This document shows, in pieces, positions 12,649 through 24,600 of a stretch of DNA of 64,000 nucleotides; the stretch's first letter is position 1; each line of letters begins with the position of its first letter. The position numbers and the translations under genes were made by a program. Below the pieces are notes generated by a model, which was not told where the DNA came from, did not search any database, and worked only from the letters and a program-made list of their open reading frames with translations. This DNA comes from Callorhinchus milii (Eukaryota). The DNA lies in NCBI RefSeq assembly GCF_018977255.1, contig NW_024704743.1, positions 18,230,001 to 18,294,000 on the forward strand. Direction: 5' to 3'.

Positions 12649-15600
12649 CTAAGACAGGGAACAAGGGTATTAAGTTGTACAACACACACATTTTTCAAAG
12701 GGATGAAAATTTTTCAAACGCCCAGATTTTATTATTATTTTTATTTATTTTTTATTTATTACTATTCATTTATTGTTGTTGTCTCTTATTAAAAAATTTT
12801 AAAAAGCCATTTAAAAAAAATGGTCATTTCAATCCACGACGATTTGTGGGACACTACTGCGCGTAATTGGCTGCTGCATTTCGCCCACAAATATACAGTC
12901 AATTCACTTTACAGTCTATTCTGTGAAGTGCTTTGAGACGTCTAGAAGACGTGAAAAGCGCTATATCAAATGCAAGGATTATTATTATTATGATTACAAA
13001 GTGAATCCACTGCAGTGAATATTTTTTCTTTTGCCATTTCAACTTGCTAGATGCTTTTTAACGTTTATAATAATCCATTTTGCATTAGCTTCAAGGTTTA
13101 ACAGTATTTGATCCAGTTTGTACTTTACTCTTGCTCTCAGAACAATTCCAAGACCTAACTGGGGTTGATAGCTTAAATATGTCAATCCCCCAAATCAAAT
13201 GTGTCAATGGCTGATTGTTTACCTACAAAATATAGTCATTACACCTTGTAATATATTCTGTGAACGGCTTTGAGGCATCCTCCCTACGTGAAAGGCTCTA
13301 TACCAAAAAGATTCTTCTTATTATATGCCTATAATACATTTAAAATACTTGGCTTTGTTCTTATTATTGAAAACACAAATTGGAACGGTGAATTACATAC
13401 TGCAAATCCATAATTTTACATGTTAGGAATATTGGGAGTACTTTTGTGTTGAAATAAATGTTGCACTGGTCAGCTTGTAAAATAAGAATCCTTGCATTTG
13501 ATATAGCACCTTATTACGTTTTTGAGACGTCTCAAAACGCTTCACAGAATATCCTGTAAAGTGAATCGACTGTATGTTTTGTGGGAGAATTGCGGCAGCC
13601 AAACAGTTATGGATTGAAACAATTTATTATTATTATTTTTTTAAAGGAATTATATTACCCCTGGAAAAGTGATCCACCAATCAACTAACAAGCGGGTTCC
13701 TACTTACTGCAAGGTAAACAGAGGCGTGTGGAGTGAGGAAACTTGCCCATCGTTTTGCCCTGCCGGGAATCAAACCCAGGTCTCTCACTTGCGAGGCGAG
13801 TGCTCTAACCACTCTCCAAGTTCAGCACTTTACTAAATGCTATGGGGTCGACTTCCAGGCCAATTAAACCTCTAGATTTCCCGCTCCAAACCAGGCTGAT
13901 CCAATCCAACCCAATCTTCACTTCCATCCTTCTTATTTTAATATAATATGATTCACTATTATTAAGAGACATTTAACTACAGAGGAAACCTGTTATACCA
14001 CTCCATTTTACACTAACCATACCATTACTGGTGAATACTTACTTAGTTTCCGATACATTTTAAGGTTCATAGCTAGGGCTACTGATACACAACAGTGAGA
14101 TTCTTATGCTGCATGACTTACTTCAGCTCAACAAGGCGGTTCTCTCGAACAATGATGTGGTAGGTACAGTTTATCTTGTGATTGTAATTGGTGTAGGAAT
14201 AAGCCGGACTTGTGACTATGCCAGATGATTCCTGGAATGTGCCACCACAAGCTTGAAAGAAAAAAGCATAGATGATTAGCAAGCAACCTGCCCACCAACA
14301 TAACACACAATTACATAGCACTGTTTATAGGTTATCACCCCAAAGCTTTTTATAAGAATGCAGTGATTCACCAAGCAAGGTGAGAAGGGAATAAGAGGAA
14401 GATGGACAGAAGCATAGTAAAAGAGGTACATTTTTAAGGTAGTTTTGAAAGCAGGGAGAGAGGGCACAAAGTAGAGCTATTTTGGGAAGGAGCAAGGGTG
14501 GGAGGGAGATAGTGTGGTGACTCAGAAGAGGAAGGAACATGTAGAGTTTGTGAAATGATGGGAATGGGGACGAGAGTGGTGCAAGAGCAGATTACATAGT
14601 AGGATGAGGCAAAGAAGTGGAGAGATTTGAAAGTCAGGACAAGGGTCTTGAAGTTGATCCTCTAAGAGACGATGGATCTTATTGAGAATGGGGGTGATGA
14701 GCACAATGAGCTTGGGGAAGGAAAGGATATGGGATATGCTTCTGGATGAATTGTAGTTGGAGAAAGGCAGAGATTAGGGCTAGAAAGAAAGGTGTAGGTC
14801 AAGGATGTACAGAAGATGTGAAGGTTGCATACTCACTAAGTGAGCTTGAATTAATAACTGGGGGGGACTGATGAGATAATAATAAACCTTGCATTTGATA
14901 TAGTGATTCTCACATCTTCTAGACATCTCAAAGTGCTTCACAGAATAGAATGTAAAGTGAATTGACTGTATATTTGTGGGCGAAATGCGGCAGCCAATTG
15001 TGCACAGCAGCGTCCCACAAACAGTCGTGGATTGAAATGACCAATTTATTATTGTTTTTTTTGAGGGATTATTATCAGGCGGTGTGGAGTAAGGAAACTT
15101 GCCCAAGGTTTCACCCTGCCACCCTGACCCAGGTCTCTCGCATGCAAAGCGAGCGCTTTAACCACTGAGCTAGAGGACTCCACATATTGGCGAGAGTCAA
15201 GAAGGATGACTACAGTTTGAATAATATCTTATTCAGCGTAACTTTCCATGAACATTAAATGCATTTAAATCAAATTACATTTAAAAACAAAATGAAACAT
15301 CAATGACACTTCATAATAACCAGGACTAAGCGAGCTAGTATGAACCGAGTAACACAATCAAAGGGTGAATGGGCTATTGATGAAGGATTTTTATAATGGA
15401 CAACAGACAACTATTTACAAGATCACAAGGGAGAGGTTTGGTTGAAGAATACTTCTTCTGTACATCAAATATTACAACTGACTAAAATTATTTTAATAAA
15501 ATATCAGATTAGCAATAAGCAATACATATGGAAGTTATGCTTTTATTATCTCATTATTTCAAGATTTTTTACATTTTCAGCCAAATTGTAATCAGTTGCA

Positions 15601-18600
15601 AGACCCATCTTGTAATGGAGTTATAAATGAGTTATAAAAGGCACTTGTGTTTTAACAAGTGAAATTCAGTTGGAAAAAAACTATTCAGACCATTTCAACT
15701 CACTCTTCCTGAATTCCAAGGCGACTATCTTCTCATTACAGCTATATTCTGTTTCTTAAATAAATCCATTGTCTTGTCCACAAATACTCTTCTTGATAGG
15801 TTGTTCATTATTCTCTGTGTAATGAAGGCATCTATTGAGAAATTGCCTTTCACAACTCTGAACCTTTACGTGCATTCCTACTGCCTTGGCAAAGCTGAAA
15901 CTATGGTTGAGTTTATAGGTCTCCATAAGACTGAGATACTGCTTTTCAGGGCTGAAGAGCCTTTTCTTAAATACAGCACACTGTCAAATGTGGACAATAT
16001 AAAGCATATTGCAGTATTGTTACGTTTGTTACTGAAGTGAACAAGTTTCCTCTATTCATTATGGCTCCTCTGACACTGGATCAACTTCTGCAGATAAAGA
16101 AATGCACACATTGCAAGCACTATTTGAAATGACTCAGTACTGTACTGTCAAGTAATGCATTTTCTAAATTTTGCTGATTTATTCATTGGAAAGGCACCAA
16201 TGAAAGAGTTAATGAAATGGACGCTAGGAAACGCTTATTTTTGGCACTTTGACAAATTAGAAAAATTAGGCAAAGGAATAAACTCCCCAATAATAGTTTC
16301 TTCAGTGAAGTACTCCTACTTCCAACCTCCCTCGATTGCCCGCATGCGCTGGAGTAATGTTAGTGACAAGTGTAAGTGTTCTGCCTCCAAAGCATTTTCA
16401 CTCAGAGTCAATACTGAGGTCAGACCAAAGCCAATTCAATCTGAAGTTCTGAATCCTCATTGTCTTATTTGTAGGGTGGGACCAGGAGGGAAGTCAGCTG
16501 GGACAGAGGTTAGGGGCATATTAATTGCAGCACTATCCTGCGTGGTTTAAACCATTTCCACCCATTTATTATAATGGATTGGAGAGCACATTGCAGTCAT
16601 GGACTGAAAGCTATCAATTAGTCACTGCAGCAATATTGGGGAAGGGGATGATTCAGGGATGTATTGCATCGATCATATGGATGATAAATTAAAGTTAACG
16701 CTCACTTAGTGGAAGGCATGACAGTCAAGACTCATCACTTCAACAAAGACCTGTGAGATCAATATTGTTGATTGGTGTCTATGTATATGCAGGAAAAAAA
16801 ATGTTTCTGCATCTTAATGCCTTCACTGGAAAGGTTAGTGGGAGGAACATGGGAGAGAATCAGAAAGGAACCAAAAATAACGGGAGAAGGTTTGTTAGAG
16901 GGAGAGGGCATGGGAAAGGGAGAGGGAATTGGAGAGGGACTGAGAGAAACGCGTGTAGTCATTTTATAAAATCCTGGGTACACACCTAAAAGACTTCAAA
17001 TCTCACAGAACTACATCCCAAACATTCCAATAAGTGTTTTGGTTTCACAGAGAGCATTGGCGTGTTTGTATTTCCATGGTATATTAACAAAAGGGAATTA
17101 TTTAGTTGTGAACTTGAGCTTTTTCAGTTAATATATTTGCTGACTCAGCCAAGGTGTCTTTTCAATAGGCAAAAGTTCCACATTGCAGTTTGGATTTCTG
17201 CACAGTCCATCTGCAGTCCTATTTTAGAATAATTAATGATCTGTATGTCCCATAAGATACAGTCATATAGTTTGAATTACCCTGGGTCAGCTGTGAGACC
17301 ACTGTAGAGAAATAGTGATCGCCATTTTAAAAAAAATCTAATTGTATCAACAAACCTTTGGGAAAATTCTAGTGCACATAACGTCATCTTGGTTCAAAAT
17401 ATGTACTATTTCTGTACAACCCAATATAACTTTTGACATAATTTTGGATTTGGCAGGAATAAAATGGGACACAGAAAAAATTACTGTTCCTGTGGGAATG
17501 ATAACATTCCTAGCACACACTGCATTGTTCTGTGGGAATGTTTTTGCAAGAAACACTGGACTATTAAGGTAATCTTTTCAAATTTCAGCTTCTGATTCTG
17601 TCACACATAGTCAGACCATGAAAGGTTATAAGTTAAAGCACCAACATGCACATACTGCATATCACTTACTGGCTAATGGGATTGCAATATTAACCAGATG
17701 TGATCTTTGCCCAGTAAGTTAATGGATTACTGCCGTATCATGCAGGAGTGCATTGGCAACCACAAAAGAATTTGAAGAATATTAAAATGGTGCGAAAGAC
17801 GCATTATAACGCATACCAGGCAAATACGATTAGGAAAATTAATCACCTGCATGTCCTAGTAAGATAGACAGAGTCATATAGTTTGAACTAGCCTTTATCC
17901 ATTATATTACAGTCGATGAATTATTACTCATAAATCATTTTGGAAAGGGGAATTAAATATAGACACTTGATAAAGCTGAATATTAAGAATATATGAAGCA
18001 AGCAGGTGAAAGGGATGAGATGCCTCATAAGAAGAAATCCATCAGCACAGATGACATGGACACAAATGACTTTCTCTGCTGTAAGATTCTTATTGGGGAG
18101 AAATTCCACTTGGGTCTAGATTCACTCTGTTTTCTTAGCATTTCAGAGGATCCAGAAATTGGCAATTTTTTAAAAAATTGTCTTATATTTTAAGTTGATT
18201 CTCTGTAAATTTCTTTTAAGAACTCTCAAAACACCGATTTCAAAGTTAAGACTAAATTGGACAATTTTGCAATTTACCTGAACTGAAATATTAAAAAAAA
18301 GGAGCAAATCTAGAACAATATTGAATTTCTCTCTCTTCAAGTCGATAACTACTACCACATTCACTGGGATATTTAGTAATTTTCACAATATGTCTCAGCC
18401 ACAATAAATTTTAGCGACAAGACAAAAAAGTCTTATTTTGTCTCTGATAGGAAAATAAGATACTCCCTCTTCCTAAACGTTATGAAAAGTTACCAAAACC
18501 CAAATTTACACAGGTTCTGGAAAAATCGTTTTAGCAAAACCATTTGTAAGATGCTCAGAACATAATGCAGTGTGAGGCTACTGAGAATTGCAGCAGAGAG

Positions 18601-21600
18601 TGCAACTTTGAGACTGACTGAGGAAAAACATTTCACATGACAGAACAACATTTAAATGTAAACAGAATTGAATGGGGCTGATTGGCAATGCTCTTGTATG
18701 TCTGGGAAGAATATGGCATGCAGAATCAGCATCAAAGAATTTAAAAGCAAGAGTGATTTATAATAATAATCCTTGCATTTGCATTTTTGATAAAGCACCT
18801 TATCACTTCTTCGAGACGTTCCAAAGTTCTTCACAGATAAACTGCAAAGTAAATTGACCATATTTTGTGGGCGAAACACGGCAGCCAATTGCACACAGCA
18901 GTGTCCCACAAGCAATCGTGGATTGAGTGACCAAATACATATTTTTAAATTTTTCTTGTTTTAAGGGATTATTAAGCAATCCAACAATAATTTTCTTCAA
19001 TGTTTGCTCTATACAAAAACATTCTTTGATGAATCGAGCATGGAATGTATCAATCACTCCCTGGTACCTCACTATCTTGCCAAACGTCTACTATCTGATC
19101 CTCCGCTCAGCTAACTCGGGCTTGCTGCACTTCTTTCATCTTCTCTGTGCCACCATCAGTGGCCGAGTCTTCCTTTGTCCCTAACGTCTGAAACTCTCTT
19201 CCTCTACCACTCTGTTCCATCCCCTCTCTTTCTGTCTTACTTCTTCAAACACACCATTGGCCACCTAGCTCCCATTGTCCCCCCTCCACCCTCACTTGGT
19301 GTCCAAGCCTATCCCTTTAAAGTGCTCGGAGTCGTTACACTATGTGAAGGATGATATATAAATGCAAGTTGTTATTGAAGTTGTTGCATCTTGTTGAAGT
19401 TGTTGCAAAGTCTTAAAATTAAGGGTCAGCTTTTTAGAGCAGAGTTGAGGAAACATTTCTTCCCTCAGGGGGTAGTGAATTTATGGAATTCACTACCCTA
19501 GAAGGCTGTAGATGCTCAGTCCTTGAATATCTTCAAGGCTGAGACTAATATATATTTAAAAAACAGAGGGATTAGGGGATATGGGGATATGGCAGGTAAT
19601 TAGAGTTAGGTCTGAAGATCAGCCATGATCTTATCGAATGGCGGGGCAGGCTCGAGGGGCCGAATGGCCTACTCCTGCTCCTAATTCTTATGTTCTTATC
19701 AAAAGCTCTTCATAAACCCAATTTAGTTTGCATTATTATCATTAATTAGCACATCATGTGGCAGCTTCAGTGAAGCTGCAGCACATGTTTTAAACACAAT
19801 GATCTGATCTCACAAAGAGGATAGAGCAGCACTGATTGTTATTGCAGCACCACCACAACATTACATGAAGCAATGGGTGCACAGATGAGACACTAAGTTC
19901 CTGACAATCTGCCAATACAGGGCAGCACCAAATATAAATCTGGTTTCTTCCCCGCCCCACCCAGATGGAGAAAAGAATCAGAGGAAGAGTCATTACAGGG
20001 CCACTCCCAAGTGCGTTTTTCCTTAAGGCATTTTATAATATGATAAAATGCTATCATTATTTCTTTCTTTCCAGTTGGGTGGAGGTCTGAGAGTATATTA
20101 TATCTCCACTCTTGACATTTAAACCGCACCTTTCATGTCAGAAGGATGTCTCAAAGTGCTTCACACTGCTGGCTGGGAACCCGAGCTGGGTGGAAGGTGA
20201 AGAGAGTGGGAGAAGAATGACTGAAAGCGGGATCAAACAGGAAAGTTTCAAGTCAGGCTTTGAACTTGGGGAAGGAAGAGGCAACAATATTTGCTGCATG
20301 AAAACCAAGATAGGGAAAAGGTACATTGTAACATATAAACCAAAGTGGGGAAATCCATTATTAAAACAAACAAATTTGTGCAAACTCATTGTAAAGGGTG
20401 CTTTACTCACGGACAAGATGGTATTTGGCAAGGAAACCCATGTCTGTTGTCATGTTGTTTGTTTGAAAGGTCAACAACATTGGACCATGAACACTAATTG
20501 TTGCAGGGAGGACAGAACCACAAAGGGTAATTAAAAGCTGAGTTTCATCACTAGTTGCAGTGGTTTCACTGTAGATCTTTAATGCATCATGTTCACACTT
20601 GAAACCATCTGAAAGAGATTTTGAAATAAACATGTGACTTTAGTTATAATAATAACACATAATAAATTCTTGCATTTGATGTAGCATCTTAAAACATTGT
20701 CGAGAAGTCTCAAAGCACTTCACGGGATACACTGTAAAGTGCAGCGGCTGTATTTTGCAGGCAAACACGATAACCAATTTGCACACAGTTATGTCCCACA
20801 AACAGCAATGAAGTGAATGACCAGTTTTATTTGGGTGTATTGTTGGTTAGGAAACTGGGAGAAATTTCCTCCACTTTTCAAATAGTCCGTGGGATCTTTA
20901 ACATCCACCTGAACAGGCAGATGGGATATTGGTTTAATGTTTTATCCAAAGGATCAATTGAAAGGTTTCATGGTGGTTCTTTCATTTTCACTCACAGCAT
21001 TAGTTTAGCATTATTTTAATGCTAAACTAGAAATAAGTTAATAATAGCTGGTATGGCTAGTCTCAAGGCTGGACTACGGGAACTCTCTCCTCATCGGCCT
21101 TCCCGCCACCTCCCTCCACAAGCTGCAGGTCATTCAGAACTCTGCAGCTCGTGTACTGTCCCGCACCAGGCTTCGGGACCACATCACTCCCACCCTCGCT
21201 CGCCTCCACTGGCTCCCCATCCCCCAGAGGATTGATTTCAAGATCCTCATCCTCACCTACAAGGCCATTCACGGCCTTGCTCCCTCCTACCTCTCCAACC
21301 TACTATCCCCCTACCTACCTACCCGTACCCTCCGTTCCTCCGGCTCCGGTCTGCTCCACGTCCCCCGCCCCAACCGCCCTACTATCGGTGGTCGGGCCTT
21401 CAGCCTCTCAGCCCCTAGGCTCTGGAACTCCATCCCCCAGTGCCTTCGCCTTGCTTCCTCCCTTTCCTCCTTCAAGGCCGGTCTCAAAACCTTTCTCTTT
21501 GACCGTGCCTTCAGCTCCCCTCTCGACTCTCTTCCTCCTCCTCGCTCCCTCCCTTCCCTCCCCTCACCCTGACCATTTCCCCCCTCCTCTCTCCTCACCC

Positions 21601-24600
21601 TGACCATTTCCCCCCTGCTCGGGTCATGACCCAACTGTGCAGCGCCTTGGGACGTCCTCCTGACGTGAAAGGCGCTCTATAAATGGAATCTTGTTGTTGT
21701 TGTTGTTGTATGGGAAAGCATCTAATGCATGCCCTTACATCTAACCCAGACACTGACCTAATTGCACTCCCTTGCCTCTGCATTCATAAGAAAAGATTGG
21801 ATAAAGGCTTCTTCTGCCCCTTTAGTTTCCTCCTTCCAGAAGATCCACCCTACCATTTTCCATTATTTTTGTTTCATAAGCCAGGTATCTGACACATGCA
21901 GAAGCATATCACCATGCTTAAAGGTATCCAAACTAGATTGAGAGTTCCACATATGTATGTCATCTATACATGGATATTTCCTTGGGTTACTGCCACAGTT
22001 TAATCATCTTAAAAAAAAGAAATTGCATAGATCGCCAATGAAAGCATTGTCTGGGAAGCTTCCTACAGCTTGTTTAACTTTGACCACCCTACCCATTAAG
22101 GCTTTGGCTTGCAGGGTTAACATGAGCTGAGTCCATGCTCCCAGTGACAGGTCTATCCCTTCAAGTCCTGCCAATGCTGGTCTGTCATCAGGAATGCCCT
22201 GGAGTATCGCAATCCTCCTCTACTCAGGAACTGGATCACTGCCACAGAGGATCAACTCACTTCTGATATTCTATTGCCAAAAATGTCACCTTGGAGCTGG
22301 CTCAGTTCCAATGAGACCTCACTTACCTCCCTTTAAGAAGGATACTCTTCCCATGACACCATCAACTCTTAAGTAATCCAGCAACCTGGCCTCAAGCACC
22401 TAAAGTGACAATTATCCACTATTCAACTCCTCCATTCTTAAGACATCAAGACTCATCACTAACTACAGAGATGGGATTTATTTTAATCAACATCATACCG
22501 GCAATTATAATTCTTGACTACGCTTAACATATTTTAAAAACAAAAACTCTGCTACTTAGAAGTCGCATTCCATTTAATCCTAACCATCCCTCAAATAAAA
22601 TTGGTCATTCACTCTAAGGCTGTTTGTGGGACATTGCTATGCTTAAGTGCTCCAAGGTGCTACCCTGCGTGAACGAAACTATATAAATTCAAGTTGTGGT
22701 ATTGTGCGCAAATTGCTGTGAGCAAATTGGCTGCTGCATAAGACCACAAAATACACTTACACCACTTGACAATATATCCTGTGACACACTTTGACATAAC
22801 TCAATGACATGATAAGGTTCTATATCAAATGGATGGATTATTACATTATTAATTCCATGTTGGTAGATGCTTCAAATTAGTGCCTATAAAGTTGTAACAA
22901 GTAGACAATATTCGAAATTACCACAGTTCTCATAAAATAGCACTTTAAAGTAATCCAGTCCCTAATATTACTCACATATGTACCTACATTCTGAATATGT
23001 TCTTATTATTCTTCAGTCAACAAGGGGTTGAGCTGTAGAATGAAAACAGCTGGGAACAGCACTAATGGATCTGCACATTTCCATTTGCCATTAGCAATCA
23101 TTACCAAACAATTCAAATGATACCACTGACTCTCCTCAGTGCTCTGCTCTGTGCTCCACAGGCACAACTTCCTGCCCTGAACTAAGTGCCCTGTACATGA
23201 ACAACAAAGCTATAACCAGATTACAACTAAAAAGCATCATGCTCTAAATCATAGCTATCAGGGCACTGAGAGGTGACTTAAGATGTGATCAATTTTTCAT
23301 TGTGTCCAGCTGAGCAATACAAGGCTGTCCTGATGTTAAGAATGAAGACTTGTTTTTCAATTAGCATCATTCTTCCCGAGAAGATTTACTGCATGCTATA
23401 AACCTGTTTCAGAGACTTCTGGTATTGTACATAGTGATACTGACTGTTTTAATAAATAAGTTAGTTTTTAAGATAACTAAGTTGTAACAATGTGTATGTT
23501 TTCTTAAGTTGATGGAGAATAAACATTGTATAATACAATTCAAATTTCAAGGTACTTAGATATTATATTATTAAACTGACATACCACAAGCTGAAATGCT
23601 GGGATCTGATAGCAGCAGATTCAATGGTGTTGCCAGTTAGCTCAATGGCTGCTACAAGCAGTATAATAATTTTAAAAAATGGGTGCGGAGGGAGACAGAG
23701 AAATGTTCAGAGACACAGTCATCAGCTGAGACATAGTGAAGGGTGGAATGTCCCACAATGTAGCACGTCACATATTGAATTTGTTTCAACGTTAGCTGTC
23801 ATCATAAGGGTCCAGTAACACTTTTCCATCAGGTAACATTTTCCATCTAAAAAGGAGTAGGCGTCAGGAGTATGCGGAAAGCGCAGGTAAATGGGACCTG
23901 AAGGAATTGGTTGCAATAATAATCCTAGCATTTAGGAAAATGCCTTTCACATCAGGAGTCGCAAAGCGCTTCACAGTATATAAAGTAAAGTCGTGTGACT
24001 GTGGGGGTTTGAGAGAATGCCTCAGCCAATTTTGAACACAGCAATGTCCTACAAAGAGCCATGGAATAAATGACTCATTTTATTTGGGGGTTTATTAGTA
24101 AGGATTCCAGGAGAATCTCCCTTTTCGAATAGTGCCATGGGACCGTTAAAGTCCACCTGAAAAGGCAGACGGAGCAGCAGTTTAATGTGTCATCCGAAGA
24201 ATCTCCAATACAGCACACTCCCAGCACTGCATTGGAGTGTCAGCTTAGACTATGTGTTCCAAGACCCGATGTGGGACTTGGGCGAGAGTCCTACCAACTG
24301 AGCCAGCACAGACACATGGGCCGAATGGCCTTCTGTCCTATAAATTTCCACGGTTTCTTTCTATGGTTAAGTCATAAGCTGAAGCTGCCTGGAGACAAAT
24401 GGAATCCAGATTTTGTTGCATATTGATGTTCTTGAGACCTCCCATATAGAGCAAGCCACATACCAAACTATACAATGCATGGCTTGTCTTCTCTTTGATG
24501 TTGCAACAGACCACTAGATATTCTGGCTATGAATCAATTAAATGGTCTACAGTGCAACACATTTTTCAATGCATTTCAGGTACACCCCTAGACATTCTGG

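Noticed and set aside
16155..16550. 131-aa plus-strand ORF as a nested antisense gene
   Set aside because: No recognisable domain or supporting exon structure; its length is compatible with chance in 64 kb.
21151..21634. Pro/Ser-rich 150-aa and Arg/Gly-rich 107-aa ORFs
   Set aside because: Off-frame and antisense readings of the C-rich L2 element; the same applies to 61670-62089.
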